Assembly (NCBI GenBank): GCA_035560235.1
Contig: DATMAG010000040.1
Location: 1,461 to 65,460 of the forward strand
DNA length: 64,000 nucleotides
Origin: Blastocatellia bacterium
GTDB taxonomy: Bacteria > Acidobacteriota > Blastocatellia > RBC074
Direction: 5' to 3'
Every line of letters begins with the position of its first letter. Position 1 is the stretch's first letter. Under the pieces are notes generated by a model that did not search any database, was not told the DNA's origin, and saw only the letters and a program-made list of their open reading frames with translations. Shown here one piece after another: positions 52,339 to 63,112 of this stretch. Position numbers and translations under genes: made by a program.

Positions 52339-53829
52339 ATGAACACACAAACCTTTGCTTCTGACAGTGCGCCTGAAATCGCTGCTGACTCGGCGCTCGA
52401 CAACCAGGGCATCGGCGGACATCCGCGCGGCCTGACGACACTCTTTTTCACCGAGATGTGGGAGCGGTTCAGTTATTACGGCATGCGCGCGCTGCTGATT
52501 CTGTTTATGACAGCGACCGCTGCCAACGGCGGACTCGGTTACGACAACAAACGGGCGGCGAGTGTTTATGCAGCCTATGTCGGATCGGTTTATCTGATGT
52601 CCATTCCCGGCGGCTGGATTGCGGACAACGTGCTGGGCACGCGCAGATCGGTGCTGGTTGGAGGCATCATCATTGCGATGGGCCATTTTTCAATGGCTGT
52701 GCCGACAATGGTGACGTTCTTTATGGGGCTGATTCTGATCGTGCTGGGCACGGGGCTGCTCAAGCCGAACGTCAGCGCAATCGTCGGCAGCCTTTACAGC
52801 CCGACCGATCAGCGGCGCGACGCAGGTTTTTCGATCTTTTACATGGGCATCAATCTCGGAGCTTTTCTGGCTCCGCTCATCTGCGGTTATCTGGGCGAAA
52901 AGGTCAACTGGCATCTCGGCTTCGGAATGGCTGGAATCTTCATGACGCTCGGACTGATTCAGTACGTTGCGAGCGGCAATCGGATTGCGCACGTCGGCCA
53001 TCCGCCCGCGTTGTCAGCCGCTGAAATCCGGCGCAATGCGATCGTCGGCGCAGTGTTTATGGCCGTGATCGTGCTGGCCGTAATCTTTCTTTACTTCGGG
53101 CCGGAAATCGTTCAGCAGTACCGCGTTCAAATCATGATCGGCGGCGTGGCGATTGGCCTGGTCTGGCTGTTCACCTCATATCTGAAGCCGGAAGAGAAGA
53201 AGCCGGTCGCGGCCATCGTGATTCTCTTCTTCTTCTCGGTGATCTTCTGGGCAGTCTTCGAGCAGGCCGGGTCGAGCTTCAATCTCTTCGCGCGTGACTT
53301 TACTGACCGCCATCTGCCGAACGGTTATGAATTCCCGGCGAGCTGGTATCAGTCGGTCAACTCGATGTTTCTCATCGCGCTGGCTCCGGTCTTTGCGTGG
53401 CTGTGGATCAAACTGGGCAAGCGCCAGCCTTCGAGTCCGATCAAGTTTGCGCTGGGCCTGCTCTTTGTCGGCATTGGCGCGCTCGTGCTGATGCTGGCAT
53501 CAATGGCGACTGGCAGCAGCGGGCGTGTCGGCCCCTGGTGGCTGGTCGGAGTTTATCTGTGCCACACGATTGGCGAACTCTGCCTCAGTCCGGTCGGGCT
53601 GAGCACGACCACCAGGCTTGCGCCCGAACGGCTGGCCGGACTGATGATGGGCGTCTGGTTTCTTTCAATCTCCTTCGGCAATTTCTTCGCGGGTGAAGTG
53701 GCCGGTGAATTCAGCCGTGCCGCGCTGATTGGATTGTTCGGCAAGGTCGCTGCCGGGCCGATCATCGCGGCAGTTGTGCTGGTGGCGCTGACGCCCTGGA
53801 TACGCAGGCTGATGGGCAAGGTCAGATAA
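52339..53829 (+). CDS. Proton-dependent oligopeptide transporter (POT/PTR2 family, DtpT-like)
   Basis: The PTR2 signature [27 protein letters not shown] is present in a multi-TM protein. The start is ATG 52339; the track ORF starts at 52222. Confidence 0.85.
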   Translation: MNTQTFASDSAPEIAADSALDNQGIGGHPRGLTTLFFTEMWERFSYYGMRALLILFMTATAANGGLGYDNKRAASVYAAYVGSVYLMSIPGGWIADNVLGTRRSVLVGGIIIAMGHFSMAVPTMVTFFMGLILIVLGTGLLKPNVSAIVGSLYSPTDQRRDAGFSIFYMGINLGAFLAPLICGYLGEKVNWHLGFGMAGIFMTLGLIQYVASGNRIAHVGHPPALSAAEIRRNAIVGAVFMAVIVLAVIFLYFGPEIVQQYRVQIMIGGVAIGLVWLFTSYLKPEEKKPVAAIVILFFFSVIFWAVFEQAGSSFNLFARDFTDRHLPNGYEFPASWYQSVNSMFLIALAPVFAWLWIKLGKRQPSSPIKFALGLLFVGIGALVLMLASMATGSSGRVGPWWLVGVYLCHTIGELCLSPVGLSTTTRLAPERLAGLMMGVWFLSISFGNFFAGEVAGEFSRAALIGLFGKVAAGPIIAAVVLVALTPWIRRLMGKVR

Positions 53830-53940
53830 TCAGAACCGACAGAAGGACAAAAGGCGGGAGCGCCGGGGCAGCAGAAGCCCGGCACTTTCGCCTTTCATCT
53901 TTTTACTTTCCTGTTGCTTCGGGCGTAGACTATCAGCGCT

Positions 53941-54213
53941 ATGGACGAACGAGACTTTTACATCGAGAGGCCGGAAATGAAGCGTGCGACATATCAGTGT
54001 CCGAAATGCCGCCAGACGACTGAGTTTCAGATCAAATGGCTGCGGCGCTCGAAGAAGAAATCGCCTCCGCCAGGCATGGATGATTACCTGCGCGCCAAAT
54101 TCGCCAAGGCACGCGATTATCTGGTGCGAGTGGACGATATGCTGTACTGCCCGAATCCACGCTGCCGCCACCGGTTTGAGATCCCCAATTCTCAAACCGT
54201 AGTTTTCGTCTGA
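53941..54213 (+). CDS. Small zinc-ribbon protein (2x CxxC)
   Basis: YQCPKCRQT...LYCPNPRCRH appears in a 90-aa basic protein. A compound hairpin terminator follows. Confidence 0.55.
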   Translation: MDERDFYIERPEMKRATYQCPKCRQTTEFQIKWLRRSKKKSPPPGMDDYLRAKFAKARDYLVRVDDMLYCPNPRCRHRFEIPNSQTVVFV

Positions 54214-54215
54214 AG

Positions 54216-54292
54216 GCTGCGACGAGTCGCAGGCAAAGCACAAAGCCAGTCGCAGAGAGGCTTTCTCTCTTTCGGCTGGCTTTGTGCTTTGC
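54216..54292. terminator. Compound hairpin terminator between convergent genes (stems ctgcgac/gtcgcag and 17-bp gcaaagcacaaagccag/ctggctttgtgctttgc)
   Basis: A perfect 17-bp inverted repeat flanks an inner agagag/ctctct hairpin. Confidence 0.6.
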
Positions 54293-54323
54293 TCTGACTG
54301 TGATGCAGGAACTGAGTGTAACT

Positions 54324-54869
54324 TCAGGCGCTCCGGCGAACTTTGCGCCCGATGATGACCAGCCCGGCGCCGAGCAGAATCAGCGTGGCCGGTTCCGGCA
54401 CCTGCCCGTTCGGGCCAGGTGAAGGTGAAGGCAGCGGATTCGGCGTGCTGGAAGGAAAATCCATGATTCGCGGAGTGCCTCCGTCGTGCCCGCGATTGAT
54501 CAGCACTGTGGTAATGATGCCGCCGGCAATGGCCGGAATTGCCACGTACCAGAGAGTCGGGCGGCGCGCGGTCTTTTCCTCAAAGCCTTCCAGGCAGTCT
54601 TCCGTGCAGATTGCGCCGGGGCCGTAAGGCACGATGCGCCCGTCGGGCAGAGTAACGAATTTCGGCGGTTCATCAGCAGCGGCGACTGGCTGCTGATCCG
54701 GCTGAGGCGGTGGATTGAGCGGAGTTGCGCTCTGCCCGGAGTTGTCCTGGATCTGTTGCTGTGTCGTGCCGCGTTCGAGCTGCTGCCAGCGAATCGGATC
54801 AGCCAGTGCTCCGGCGCTCAGACAGACAGTCAGCACAACCACTCCCAATGTCTTCCGCAGCATGTTCAC
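54324..54869 (-). CDS. PEP-CTERM sorting-domain protein (exosortase substrate), Pro/Gln-rich secreted protein
   Basis: It has an N-terminal signal peptide. The C-terminus, ...VPEPATLILLGAGLVIIGRKVRRSA, follows the PEP motif + TM helix + Arg-rich tail pattern. Confidence 0.75.
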   Translation of the reverse strand: MNMLRKTLGVVVLTVCLSAGALADPIRWQQLERGTTQQQIQDNSGQSATPLNPPPQPDQQPVAAADEPPKFVTLPDGRIVPYGPGAICTEDCLEGFEEKTARRPTLWYVAIPAIAGGIITTVLINRGHDGGTPRIMDFPSSTPNPLPSPSPGPNGQVPEPATLILLGAGLVIIGRKVRRSA

Positions 54870-55198
54870 TACCCTTTCACTTCCGCAGTTTCATCGCGGG
54901 CAAAAAAACTGCGCCGATATTCCAGGGCCATCCTCGGCGGCGGCTGTGCGATTTTGATGACATGGCAATTGCTTTTCTGCATGTGGCGACCGGCTCTCAG
55001 CCGGAAGGCCTCATTCCCGTAAACCTCAAACTCCGTTCAAATTGACTGGTATTCATATCGAATTCAGACTTTTATACAGACGAGGCCGATCACGGGGCGG
55101 TCGGCTCAAGCCGACCACAGTTTTCCGCAGCCGGGTGAAGTCCTGCCCCCTGCCGGAAGCAAATAATAAAGAGCGATCAGTGAGGAGGTTCCATCACG

Positions 55199-55516
55199 AT
55201 GCGCGAACAACGCCCCGTGATTCGCAAATCCGTCCACTTTATTTACAAGGGGGATGAGGTCGTCAGTCTGGTCAGGGCCGCACATCAACTGCCCCCCTTT
55301 CGTCTGGAGCTGGGCCTGAGCAGGCTGAGAATTGATTATTATTCGATGGTCAGCCGGGACTGGCTGTGTGGCTTCAACTTCTCCCGCGCGCCGGGACGAA
55401 ATCTCTGGTCACTCGATGAAATCGAGTATGACCTGGGAACGACGATGAAACGCGCGCTGGCTCAACTGGGTGAGCTGGAAGAGCGCGGACTGAAGCGTCT
55501 GAAATATGGTCAATGA
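55199..55516 (+). CDS. Hypothetical protein (105 aa)
   Basis: RBS GAGGAGG lies 9 nt upstream of the ATG. I recognise no domain. Confidence 0.4.
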   Translation: MREQRPVIRKSVHFIYKGDEVVSLVRAAHQLPPFRLELGLSRLRIDYYSMVSRDWLCGFNFSRAPGRNLWSLDEIEYDLGTTMKRALAQLGELEERGLKRLKYGQ

Positions 55517-55584
55517 AGGCAACTGCGAATTTTTCAGTTTCACCGCCATCATAATCTTACTGAGCTGCCTCAGTGACTCCCGTG

Positions 55585-55627
55585 AAAAAAGACAGGGGAG
55601 CGAGTACTCGCTCCCCTGTCTTTTTTG
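55585..55627. terminator. Bidirectional rho-independent terminator (AAAAAA - 14-bp stem gacaggggagcgag/ctcgctcccctgtc - TTTTTT)
   Basis: A perfect GC-rich stem with a 2-nt loop is flanked by an A6 run and a T6 run. It sits between the 105-aa gene (+) and the acs end (-). Confidence 0.8.
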
Positions 55628-55641
55628 TTTCCGGATGGCGT

Positions 55642-57603
55642 TTATTCATCATCCTCGCGCAGTTTTTCGAGCACCGAGAAATCCTCGAGCGTCGTCACGT
55701 CACCGGCCACCGTGCCGCTCGCCGCAATTTCGCGCAGCAGTCGGCGCATGATCTTGCCCGACCGCGTCTTCGGCAGAGCGTCAGTGAAACGAATGTCATC
55801 AGGTTTGGCAATCGCGCCGATTTCTCTGGCGACATGTTCGCGCAACTGATGCTTCAGTTCCTCGTTGCCCTTGCGCCCTCCTTCGAGTGTGACAAAGGCC
55901 ACGACCGCCGAACCCTTGAGATCATCGGGGCGGCCCACGACGGCGGCTTCGGCCACGGCTTCGTGCGAGACGAGCGCGCTTTCGACTTCAGCCGTGCCGA
56001 GCCGGTGCCCGGCTACATTCAGCACATCATCCACACGGCCCATAATCCAGTAATAGCCGTGTTCATCGCGGCGCGCGCCATCGCCCGCAAAATAGACGCC
56101 GGGAATCTCGCTCCAGTACTGTTTGCGATAACGCTCATCATCGCCCCAGATCGTGCGCAGCATCGCAGGCCAGGGTCGTTTGATGACCAGGTAGCCGCCT
56201 TCATTCACGCCCACGCTCTTTCCATCTCTGGTCTGAATATCAACCGAGATGCCGGGAATCGGTCGCGTCGCCGTCCCGGGCACGGTCGGAGTCGCGCCAG
56301 GCAGCGGTGAAATCATGATCGCGCCGGTTTCGGTCTGCCACCACGTATCCACAATCGGGCAGCGTTCCTTACCCACAATGCGGTGATACCACATCCACGC
56401 TTCGGGATTGATCGGTTCGCCCACCGTGCCGAGCAGTCGCAGGCTTGACAGATCGTGCCTGAGAACGTGCTGTTCACCCCATTTGATAAAGGCGCGAATC
56501 GCTGTTGGCGCAGTGTAAAAGACATTTACGCGATGCCGTTCGATGATGTCCCAGAAACGATCAGGACCGGGAAAGTTCGGCGCGCCTTCATACATCAGCG
56601 AAGTTGTACCATTCGCCAGCGGCCCGTAAACAACATAGCTGTGGCCCGTCACCCACCCGATGTCAGCCGTGCACCAGTACACATCCTCGTCCTTAATATC
56701 GAAGACCCATTCGTGCGTCAGCGCGGTCTGCAACAGATAACCGGCAGTCGTGTGCAGAATGCCTTTCGGTTTGCCGGTCGTGCCTGACGTGTAGAGGATG
56801 TAGAGCGGATGCTCGCTGTCGAGTTCTTCAGCCGGACAGTCGGCGTCAACCGTTTCGATCAGTTCGTGCCACCAGTGATCGCGACCCGGAACCATATGCA
56901 CCTGCGAGCCGGTGCGCCTGACCACGATGCAGCTTGTAATCGTCGGCGTGTGTTTGAGCGCTTCATCAACGGCGGCCTTGAGCCTGATTTCAGCGCCGCG
57001 CCGCCAGCCGCCATCGGCAGTCACGACCACCTTGCAGCCCGCGTCATTGATGCGATCCTTGAGCGCGTCAGCCGAGAAGCCGCCAAAGACAATCGAATGC
57101 GTGGCGCCGATGCGCGCACACGCGAGCATCGCAATCGCCAGTTCCGGCACGAGCGGCATATAAATCGCCACGCGGTCGCCTGTTCTGACTCCCTGCCCTT
57201 TCAGCACGTTGGCAAAGCGGCAGACTTCGCGGTGCAGTTGCAGATAAGTCAGCGTGCGCTGTTCGCCCGGCTCGCCTTCCCAGATGATCGCGGCCTTGTT
57301 TTTGCGCCACGTCGTCAGATGCCGGTCAAGACAGTTGTAAGCGACGTTGGTTTTGCCGCCGACGAACCATTTCGCGTGCGGCAGATTCCAGTCCAGCACC
57401 CGGTCCCACTTTTTGAACCAGTGCAGCCGCTCGGCCTGCTTCGCCCAGTAACTTTCAGGGTCAGCTTCTGCTTCAGCGTAAAGCCGTTCGTACTCTTCCA
57501 TCCCTTTCAGATGCGCCTGCGCCTTGAATTTGTCAGGCGGCGGAAAGAGCCGTGATTCATGCAGGACGGATTCAATCGTTGTCTGTGGATCGTTTGATGA
57601 CAT
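55642..57603 (-). CDS. acs: Acetyl-CoA synthetase (AMP-forming)
   Basis: The Acs N-terminus reads [26 protein letters not shown]-binding reads [11 protein letters not shown], the core is intact and the C-terminus reads [11 protein letters not shown]. The protein is 653 aa. Confidence 0.95.
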   Translation of the reverse strand: MSSNDPQTTIESVLHESRLFPPPDKFKAQAHLKGMEEYERLYAEAEADPESYWAKQAERLHWFKKWDRVLDWNLPHAKWFVGGKTNVAYNCLDRHLTTWRKNKAAIIWEGEPGEQRTLTYLQLHREVCRFANVLKGQGVRTGDRVAIYMPLVPELAIAMLACARIGATHSIVFGGFSADALKDRINDAGCKVVVTADGGWRRGAEIRLKAAVDEALKHTPTITSCIVVRRTGSQVHMVPGRDHWWHELIETVDADCPAEELDSEHPLYILYTSGTTGKPKGILHTTAGYLLQTALTHEWVFDIKDEDVYWCTADIGWVTGHSYVVYGPLANGTTSLMYEGAPNFPGPDRFWDIIERHRVNVFYTAPTAIRAFIKWGEQHVLRHDLSSLRLLGTVGEPINPEAWMWYHRIVGKERCPIVDTWWQTETGAIMISPLPGATPTVPGTATRPIPGISVDIQTRDGKSVGVNEGGYLVIKRPWPAMLRTIWGDDERYRKQYWSEIPGVYFAGDGARRDEHGYYWIMGRVDDVLNVAGHRLGTAEVESALVSHEAVAEAAVVGRPDDLKGSAVVAFVTLEGGRKGNEELKHQLREHVAREIGAIAKPDDIRFTDALPKTRSGKIMRRLLREIAASGTVAGDVTTLEDFSVLEKLREDDE

Positions 57604-57738
57604 TGTGAATTAACCTTTCTCATCCACTCAGCCACACAAAGCAGCGCGAAGCAGAAAAAGAACGAAGACAGGAATTGAATTGTTATCTGACCGTGTTTTT
57701 CTTCGTGCTTCTTCGTGTGGCTTAGCGGGTTGTTTTAT

Positions 57739-59301
57739 TCAGTGCGAAACAGCCTTCTCTGCGCCGAGGCCCGTGGTGGCCCGGACGCTGAGTTCCGTGA
57801 ACTTTTCTTCCGCGCGCGGTTCGCAGCCTGACAGTGTGCCGATGAACGCGCCGATGAAACCCAGCGGGATGCTGACGATGCCGGGGTTTTCGAGCGGAAA
57901 GATGGCGTTCGATTTCATAATGCCCGGACTGATCAGAATCAGCGCCAGTGATGACACCAGCCCTGTTGCCAGCCCCGCGACCGCGCCCCGCGTATTGAAG
58001 CGTCGCCAGAACAGCGACAGCACAATCACCGGCAGATTGGCCGAAGCCGCGACCGCAAACGCCAGCGCAACCAGAAATGCAACGTTCGCATCCGGGCCGA
58101 GCAGAATTGCAATCAGAATCGAAACCGCACCGACCACAAACGCCGTCACCCGCGCCACACGCACTTCTTCACCAAGCGCCGTTCCCTTGCCGTGCTTCAG
58201 GACATTCGCCCAGAAATCGTGCGCGAACGATGTTGACGCGCTGATCGTCAATCCTGCGACAACCGCCAGAATCGTGGCAAAGGCAATCGCGGAAATGAAA
58301 GCGAAGAACAAGTCTCCGGCCAGCGCCTGCGCCAGCAGCGGCGCGCTCATATTCGTGCCGCCATTCTTTGCAATAAAATCGCGCCCGACAATCGTCGCTG
58401 CGCCAAAACCCAGAAAGGTCGTCAGAATGTAAAAGCTGCCGATGATCACCATCGCCCAGACAACGCTGACGCGCGCCGTCTTTGCGTCAGGCACAGTATA
58501 AAAACGCACGAGAATGTGCGGCAATCCGGCGGTGCCGAAGATCAGCGCGAGGCCCAGCGAAATCAGATCGAGCGCGCCGTAAGGCGGTTTGTAACGCAGC
58601 CCCGGCTGCAGAAAGTTCTGCGTCACCGGGTTGCCCTGCGCGTCGTGATAAGTCACGTGCGCGATGGCCTCGAAAAAACTGCCGAAGCTGAATCCGAAAT
58701 GCGCCAGCACGAGCAGGCTCAGCAGAATCGTGCCGCTCATCAGCAGAATCGCCTTGATGATCTGCACCCACGTTGTCGCCAGCATCCCGCCAAAGACGAC
58801 ATACACAATCATCAGAATGCCGATGCTGATGACCGCCGCGCTGAAACTGATCCCTGTGTCCCTGAGCAGCAGCGACACCAGCGCGCCCGCGCCGACCATC
58901 TGCGCAATCATATAAAACGTGCTGACTGTCAGCGTCGAAAGCGCGCCCATCGCCCGCACCGGACGCGGACTCAGGCGATAAGCCAGCACATCGGCCATCG
59001 TGTATTTGCCCGCGTTGCGCAGCGGTTCAGCCACAATCAAAAGCACGGTCAGATAAGCCACCAGCCAGCCGACTGAATACATAAATCCGTCGTAGCCCTG
59101 AAAGGCGATGATGCCCGCAATGCCCAGAAACGAGGCCGCGCTCATATAGTCGCCCGCCACAGCGATGCCGTTCTGCCATGCCCTGAGCGAGCGCCCGGCG
59201 GCGAAGTATGCGCTCGATCCGGTATTTTTGCGGGCCGCCCACCACGTAATCCAGAGCGTGACCGCAATGAAAGCCAGAAACATCACCAGCGATGCCGACA
59301 T
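57739..59301 (-). CDS. actP: Cation/acetate symporter ActP (sodium:solute symporter family)
   Basis: [43 protein letters not shown] matches the SSF signature. It sits between the DUF485 gene and acs. Confidence 0.9.
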   Translation of the reverse strand: MSASLVMFLAFIAVTLWITWWAARKNTGSSAYFAAGRSLRAWQNGIAVAGDYMSAASFLGIAGIIAFQGYDGFMYSVGWLVAYLTVLLIVAEPLRNAGKYTMADVLAYRLSPRPVRAMGALSTLTVSTFYMIAQMVGAGALVSLLLRDTGISFSAAVISIGILMIVYVVFGGMLATTWVQIIKAILLMSGTILLSLLVLAHFGFSFGSFFEAIAHVTYHDAQGNPVTQNFLQPGLRYKPPYGALDLISLGLALIFGTAGLPHILVRFYTVPDAKTARVSVVWAMVIIGSFYILTTFLGFGAATIVGRDFIAKNGGTNMSAPLLAQALAGDLFFAFISAIAFATILAVVAGLTISASTSFAHDFWANVLKHGKGTALGEEVRVARVTAFVVGAVSILIAILLGPDANVAFLVALAFAVAASANLPVIVLSLFWRRFNTRGAVAGLATGLVSSLALILISPGIMKSNAIFPLENPGIVSIPLGFIGAFIGTLSGCEPRAEEKFTELSVRATTGLGAEKAVSH

Positions 59302-59783
59302 CAGTTCTCTCCTCCCTTCGACAACCGGCTGATGATGCTGCGCGCCATTTCATCGAAGCGTCCGGCAGCGCGCACATAGAGCGCGGCAATCAGCCACGCC
59401 ATAAAGAACTGCGACAGCGCAAACAGGTAAGCCAGATTGACGACGCCGAACACCCGGCGCTCCATCAGCTTCGGCGCATAACCGACCAGCACGGGCAGCG
59501 CGAAGTAATAAACGATGAAAAAGATCGTGGCCGGAATGATGAACCGGCGCTTTGCCGCGACCAGCTTTTTGAATTCATCCATCACCGCCACGCGCTGCCA
59601 GTCGGACAGGTCAGCATCGGCATCAGCGGTCAGCCCGTGCGCTGCTTCCGGCCTGTCGTGACCGTGCGGTGCGACATCGGCTGGCACGCCTGCCGACGGC
59701 ATCAGATCAGAGTTGTCAGAATCAGCCTGTTTATGCTGCATCAGTGCGCTCCGTGTCAGAGTGCTGAACCAGTCATCACACAA
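59301..59783 (-). CDS. DUF485 (YjcH-like) inner-membrane protein, actP partner
   Basis: It has two TM helices, [22 protein letters not shown] and [23 protein letters not shown]. Its stop overlaps the actP start. The N-terminal roughly 60 aa may be overcalled. Confidence 0.7.
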   Translation of the reverse strand: MCDDWFSTLTRSALMQHKQADSDNSDLMPSAGVPADVAPHGHDRPEAAHGLTADADADLSDWQRVAVMDEFKKLVAAKRRFIIPATIFFIVYYFALPVLVGYAPKLMERRVFGVVNLAYLFALSQFFMAWLIAALYVRAAGRFDEMARSIISRLSKGGEN

Positions 59784-59992
59784 CCCGAACTCTTGTCGGT
59801 AGTCTTCGCCAGAGTACCTGTTGTGTCTGAAACCGGTAAAGAAAGGTGAGAAAACCTACTGCGCTGCGCGGGCGGCATTATAGAGTAACTGTCTCACCTG
59901 CTCCAAAGGAACCGCCGCTTGAAGTGGCTGATCGCGACGGGTACGATACCGGGCAGATCATCAACAACGATTCTTCAACAGGAGGCAGGGCA

Positions 59993-60319
59993 ATGTCAGA
60001 ACTGGCTGCGAAAACCTGTGTGCCGTGTCGTGGCGGAGTGCCGCCGCTGAAGGGCGAGGAGCTTGCGAAGCTGCACGCACAGCTTGACGGCTGGCGGGTA
60101 GTCAACGAGCATCATCTCGAAAAGGATTACACCTTTCCTGATTTTCGTCAGGCGCTCGATTTCACCAACCGCGTCGGTGAACTGGCTGAAGCGCAGGATC
60201 ATCATCCGGACATTTACCTGGCGTGGGGCAAAGTCGGCATCAGAATCTGGACGCACAAGATTGACGGACTGACCGAAAGCGATTTCATTCTGGCGGCGAA
60301 GATTGATGAGTTGAAGTGA
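59993..60319 (+). CDS. Pterin-4a-carbinolamine dehydratase (PCD/DCoH)
   Basis: The motif in EHHLEKDYTFPDFRQALDFTNRVGELAEAQDHHPDIYLAWGKVGIRIWTH is canonical PCD. The start is ATG 59993, which has RBS CAGGAGG; the track ORF starts at 59846. Confidence 0.85.
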   Translation: MSELAAKTCVPCRGGVPPLKGEELAKLHAQLDGWRVVNEHHLEKDYTFPDFRQALDFTNRVGELAEAQDHHPDIYLAWGKVGIRIWTHKIDGLTESDFILAAKIDELK

Positions 60320-60323
60320 GCTG

Positions 60324-61277
60324 TCACGCTCCTTCAGCCTGCCTGCCGCGCTGCTCCTGCGCTGCAGACCAGGCAAACAGCCCGCACAGCCCTGTGCCCA
60401 GCGCATTCGCTGACCCGTGCAGCGCGCGCATCCAGGCTATGTCCGGCCACGCCGCCGGAATGTAAAACCGCAGCCCGTAACAGACTGCCAGCATCATTCC
60501 GAAGACCAGCGAGCAGGCCGCAACGCTCCACAGCACACGCGCCAGGCGCGAATATTCAGACTGTCGGGCCAGCCTGAAATGCAGCCACGCCGTCAGCATT
60601 CCCGCAGCAGCAGTCAGCACCGCCGCCAGGCTTTCAAACAGATGACCGAATCCGAGCTGAGTTGTGGTGATGCCGAGAGCCGTGAGCGGCACTCCGGCGA
60701 TCACCCCACAGGCGGCAGCACGCGACAGAGCTGACTTTGTATGACGAGCAGCAAGCCCCGTCATCAGCGGCAGAACGAATCCGGCATAATGAAAATGGAT
60801 CGCCGTCAGCAGCACGATCACCGGATCGAAATTCAGTGGCCGCGCTCCGAATCGTGACAGCATAACCCACATGCCGCCGACCGCCAGATAAATCAGCCCG
60901 GCATCAAGGCACATCTCAGCGACCGGCCCGCCTCCGCGCTTCAGCAATCGCAGCGCGCCGCTCAGCGCAATCATCGCCGTCACCGCCAGCCAGGGCAGCG
61001 AGAGCACTGCTGCAAGCCAGCCCGGCGAGACGGCAAAGGCTGCAAGCAGCAGCAGCGCCGACGGCAGTTGCAATGCGACTGCCCATCGCTGCAACTGCGC
61101 TGGGGCTTCGCCGTATTGGAGCGCAACTGCCAGACCAGGCGCGACGAGCGCCAGCGGCGCAAGCAGCAGCAGCGCCGCTGCCCACTGCAGATGCATTGGC
61201 GATGGATGCAGCCACGCGACCGTGATGAGCCAGATGCAGCCGCCAGCCAGCGCCGATTTCAGCGGTGACAAAATCAT
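60324..61277 (-). CDS. Hypothetical multi-pass integral membrane protein (YndJ-like?)
   Basis: It has about 8 predicted TM helices and the motif TAIHFHYAGFVLPLMTGL. Confidence 0.55.
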   Translation of the reverse strand: MILSPLKSALAGGCIWLITVAWLHPSPMHLQWAAALLLLAPLALVAPGLAVALQYGEAPAQLQRWAVALQLPSALLLLAAFAVSPGWLAAVLSLPWLAVTAMIALSGALRLLKRGGGPVAEMCLDAGLIYLAVGGMWVMLSRFGARPLNFDPVIVLLTAIHFHYAGFVLPLMTGLAARHTKSALSRAAACGVIAGVPLTALGITTTQLGFGHLFESLAAVLTAAAGMLTAWLHFRLARQSEYSRLARVLWSVAACSLVFGMMLAVCYGLRFYIPAAWPDIAWMRALHGSANALGTGLCGLFAWSAAQEQRGRQAEGA

Positions 61278-61278
61278 C

Positions 61279-61875
61279 TCAATGCTCTTTCAAGACAGCC
61301 TGACATTCAGTCATCATCGCCGCCAGCGAGTCACGCGCAAACCTGCGCTGCAGCCGCCTCGCCAGCGGATAAGCCATTCTGACCAGCGGATGACGTGGCC
61401 GCGAAAAGGCGCGCAGATCGTACCAGACCGAATCATCCGCGCGCTGCCACTCAATGCAGAACCGCTCCTCGCCACATTCGACATGCTCCGGCAGCGTGCC
61501 ATAAGCGAAGCCGAACCTGCGCCCCGGCCCGTCCTCATCAATCACATAAACGATGCGGCAGGCATTCAGCCACCAGCCGCCGTAACAGTGCGCCATCATT
61601 CCCACAACCGTTCCCGCCGCAATCTGAGCGCCGGACGGATAGATCTCAGTCCAGCCCGGCGGAAACATTCGCCAGCCTCGCACAGCTTCACAGGCTGCAG
61701 CAAACACAGCCTCGCCGCTGCCCAGACAGACGCGATTGTGATCGCGGTCATAGCCCGGCGGCGCGCAGCCATCCAGCGTCGCGCCGATGCTGCGATAAGT
61801 AAAATCGCACGCAGCCTGTCGCTCAATCAGCGCGGCAATCGTTTCAGCGGATGGTTTGCTGAATGAAAACATCAT
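61279..61875 (-). CDS. Hypothetical protein, DUF1990-like
   Basis: A soluble 198-aa protein. The domain assignment is tentative and from memory only. It overlaps or abuts the downstream membrane-protein gene, so the two are probably an operon. Confidence 0.45.
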   Translation of the reverse strand: MMFSFSKPSAETIAALIERQAACDFTYRSIGATLDGCAPPGYDRDHNRVCLGSGEAVFAAACEAVRGWRMFPPGWTEIYPSGAQIAAGTVVGMMAHCYGGWWLNACRIVYVIDEDGPGRRFGFAYGTLPEHVECGEERFCIEWQRADDSVWYDLRAFSRPRHPLVRMAYPLARRLQRRFARDSLAAMMTECQAVLKEH

Positions 61876-61884
61876 CGTACCCGT

Positions 61885-62601
61885 TCATGCTCGCTCTTCC
61901 CTCAAACCCGCCAGCAGGTGCAGCGTTGATTTCCGCAGCGGTCGCATCAGCGGCAGACTCGCCAGCGTAATCAGCCTGACTATGATCTCAACCGTCTGCT
62001 CCATCAGCCATCGTGTTTTTCGCTGCTTCGGTGATGAATCGTGAATCCAGAAGAGAATAATGCCCATCTGATAGAGCCACAGCAGCAGCGGCAGTTCAGC
62101 GGCCAGATCGCCGGGCACCTTTGTTTTTGCACCCTTCACAACTTCGGCAAACAGTTCGATGCTTTCGCGCCGCGCTGTTTCCGATTCCGGGCTGAAGGGA
62201 TTGAGCGGGCTGCCCGGATCAGCCGCCGTGCGAAAGAGAATGCCCGCGAACTGATGATACGGGCCAATGTTATCGAGGATCGCACTCATCACCCCGAGCA
62301 GTCGCCCCTTCAGCGTTCGCTCCCGTTCAAGCACCGGCCCTGCGGCGGCGGCGTGCTGTTCGTGAACGCGGCTGTAAAAAGCCTGAATCAGATGCTCCTT
62401 CGAGCGAAAGTGATAATAGGTGTTGCCGAGCGCAACGCCTGCTCTTTCCGCAATCGCGCGCATCGTCGTCTCTTCAAACCCGCGCGTGCTGAACATCTCC
62501 AGCGCCGTTTCCAGAATCAGCGACCGCGTCTGCTCACCCTTGCTCGCGGCCTCGCCTGATTCGAGCGACAGAGCTTTTCGATGCAATGGTTTCTTCCGCA
62601 T
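61885..62601 (-). CDS. TetR/AcrR-family transcriptional regulator
   Basis: The HTH reads LILETALEMFSTRGFEETTMRAIAERAGVALGNTYYHFRSKEHLI. RBS GGAGAG precedes the ATG. Confidence 0.85.
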   Translation of the reverse strand: MRKKPLHRKALSLESGEAASKGEQTRSLILETALEMFSTRGFEETTMRAIAERAGVALGNTYYHFRSKEHLIQAFYSRVHEQHAAAAGPVLERERTLKGRLLGVMSAILDNIGPYHQFAGILFRTAADPGSPLNPFSPESETARRESIELFAEVVKGAKTKVPGDLAAELPLLLWLYQMGIILFWIHDSSPKQRKTRWLMEQTVEIIVRLITLASLPLMRPLRKSTLHLLAGLREERA

Positions 62602-62736
62602 ATTCTCTCTCCAGCAAAACCACGAAGCTCACGAAACTCACGAAGTAAAGAAAGGAGGAGAAGAGATTGTCCCTTACGCCCTGTCTCCCCTTCACCTCTT
62701 CCTTCTTCCTGATCTTCGCGTTCTTCGTGGTTCAAT

Positions 62737-63105
62737 TTATGTTCCGTGATAACCGAACCTGAACCGCAGGCTCGAGACTCTGACGACGAAGCGGCGCGCC
62801 AGCGGCATCAGTTCCGGCGAACTGAACCTGATTGCCCAGCCGCGATAATCGCGCAGCGCCCACAGACAAATCAGCCACGCCTTTGCGCCGCGCCAGTATT
62901 CGCCCGTGTCGCTTACGACGGTCAGTTCCTTCAGCGTTGCCGCGTGATCGAGCAGCGGATAGCGCGCCGCCGCCTCTGCCGACCCGGCAGCCACGAAATC
63001 CAGATCAACGTATTTCGTCTGCGCCTGAAGCCAGTTTCTGATCCGGCAACAGAGATTGCAGTTCGCATCAAAGAGCACTGTCAGCGTGCGCATAACCACC
63101 TCCAC
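62737..63105 (-). CDS. Thiol-disulfide oxidoreductase DCC family (DUF393)
   Basis: TVLFDANCNLCCRIRNWL carries the CxxC motif in the typical N-terminal position. The protein is 122 aa. Confidence 0.8.
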   Translation of the reverse strand: MEVVMRTLTVLFDANCNLCCRIRNWLQAQTKYVDLDFVAAGSAEAAARYPLLDHAATLKELTVVSDTGEYWRGAKAWLICLWALRDYRGWAIRFSSPELMPLARRFVVRVSSLRFRFGYHGT

Positions 63106-63112
63106 AATCGTT

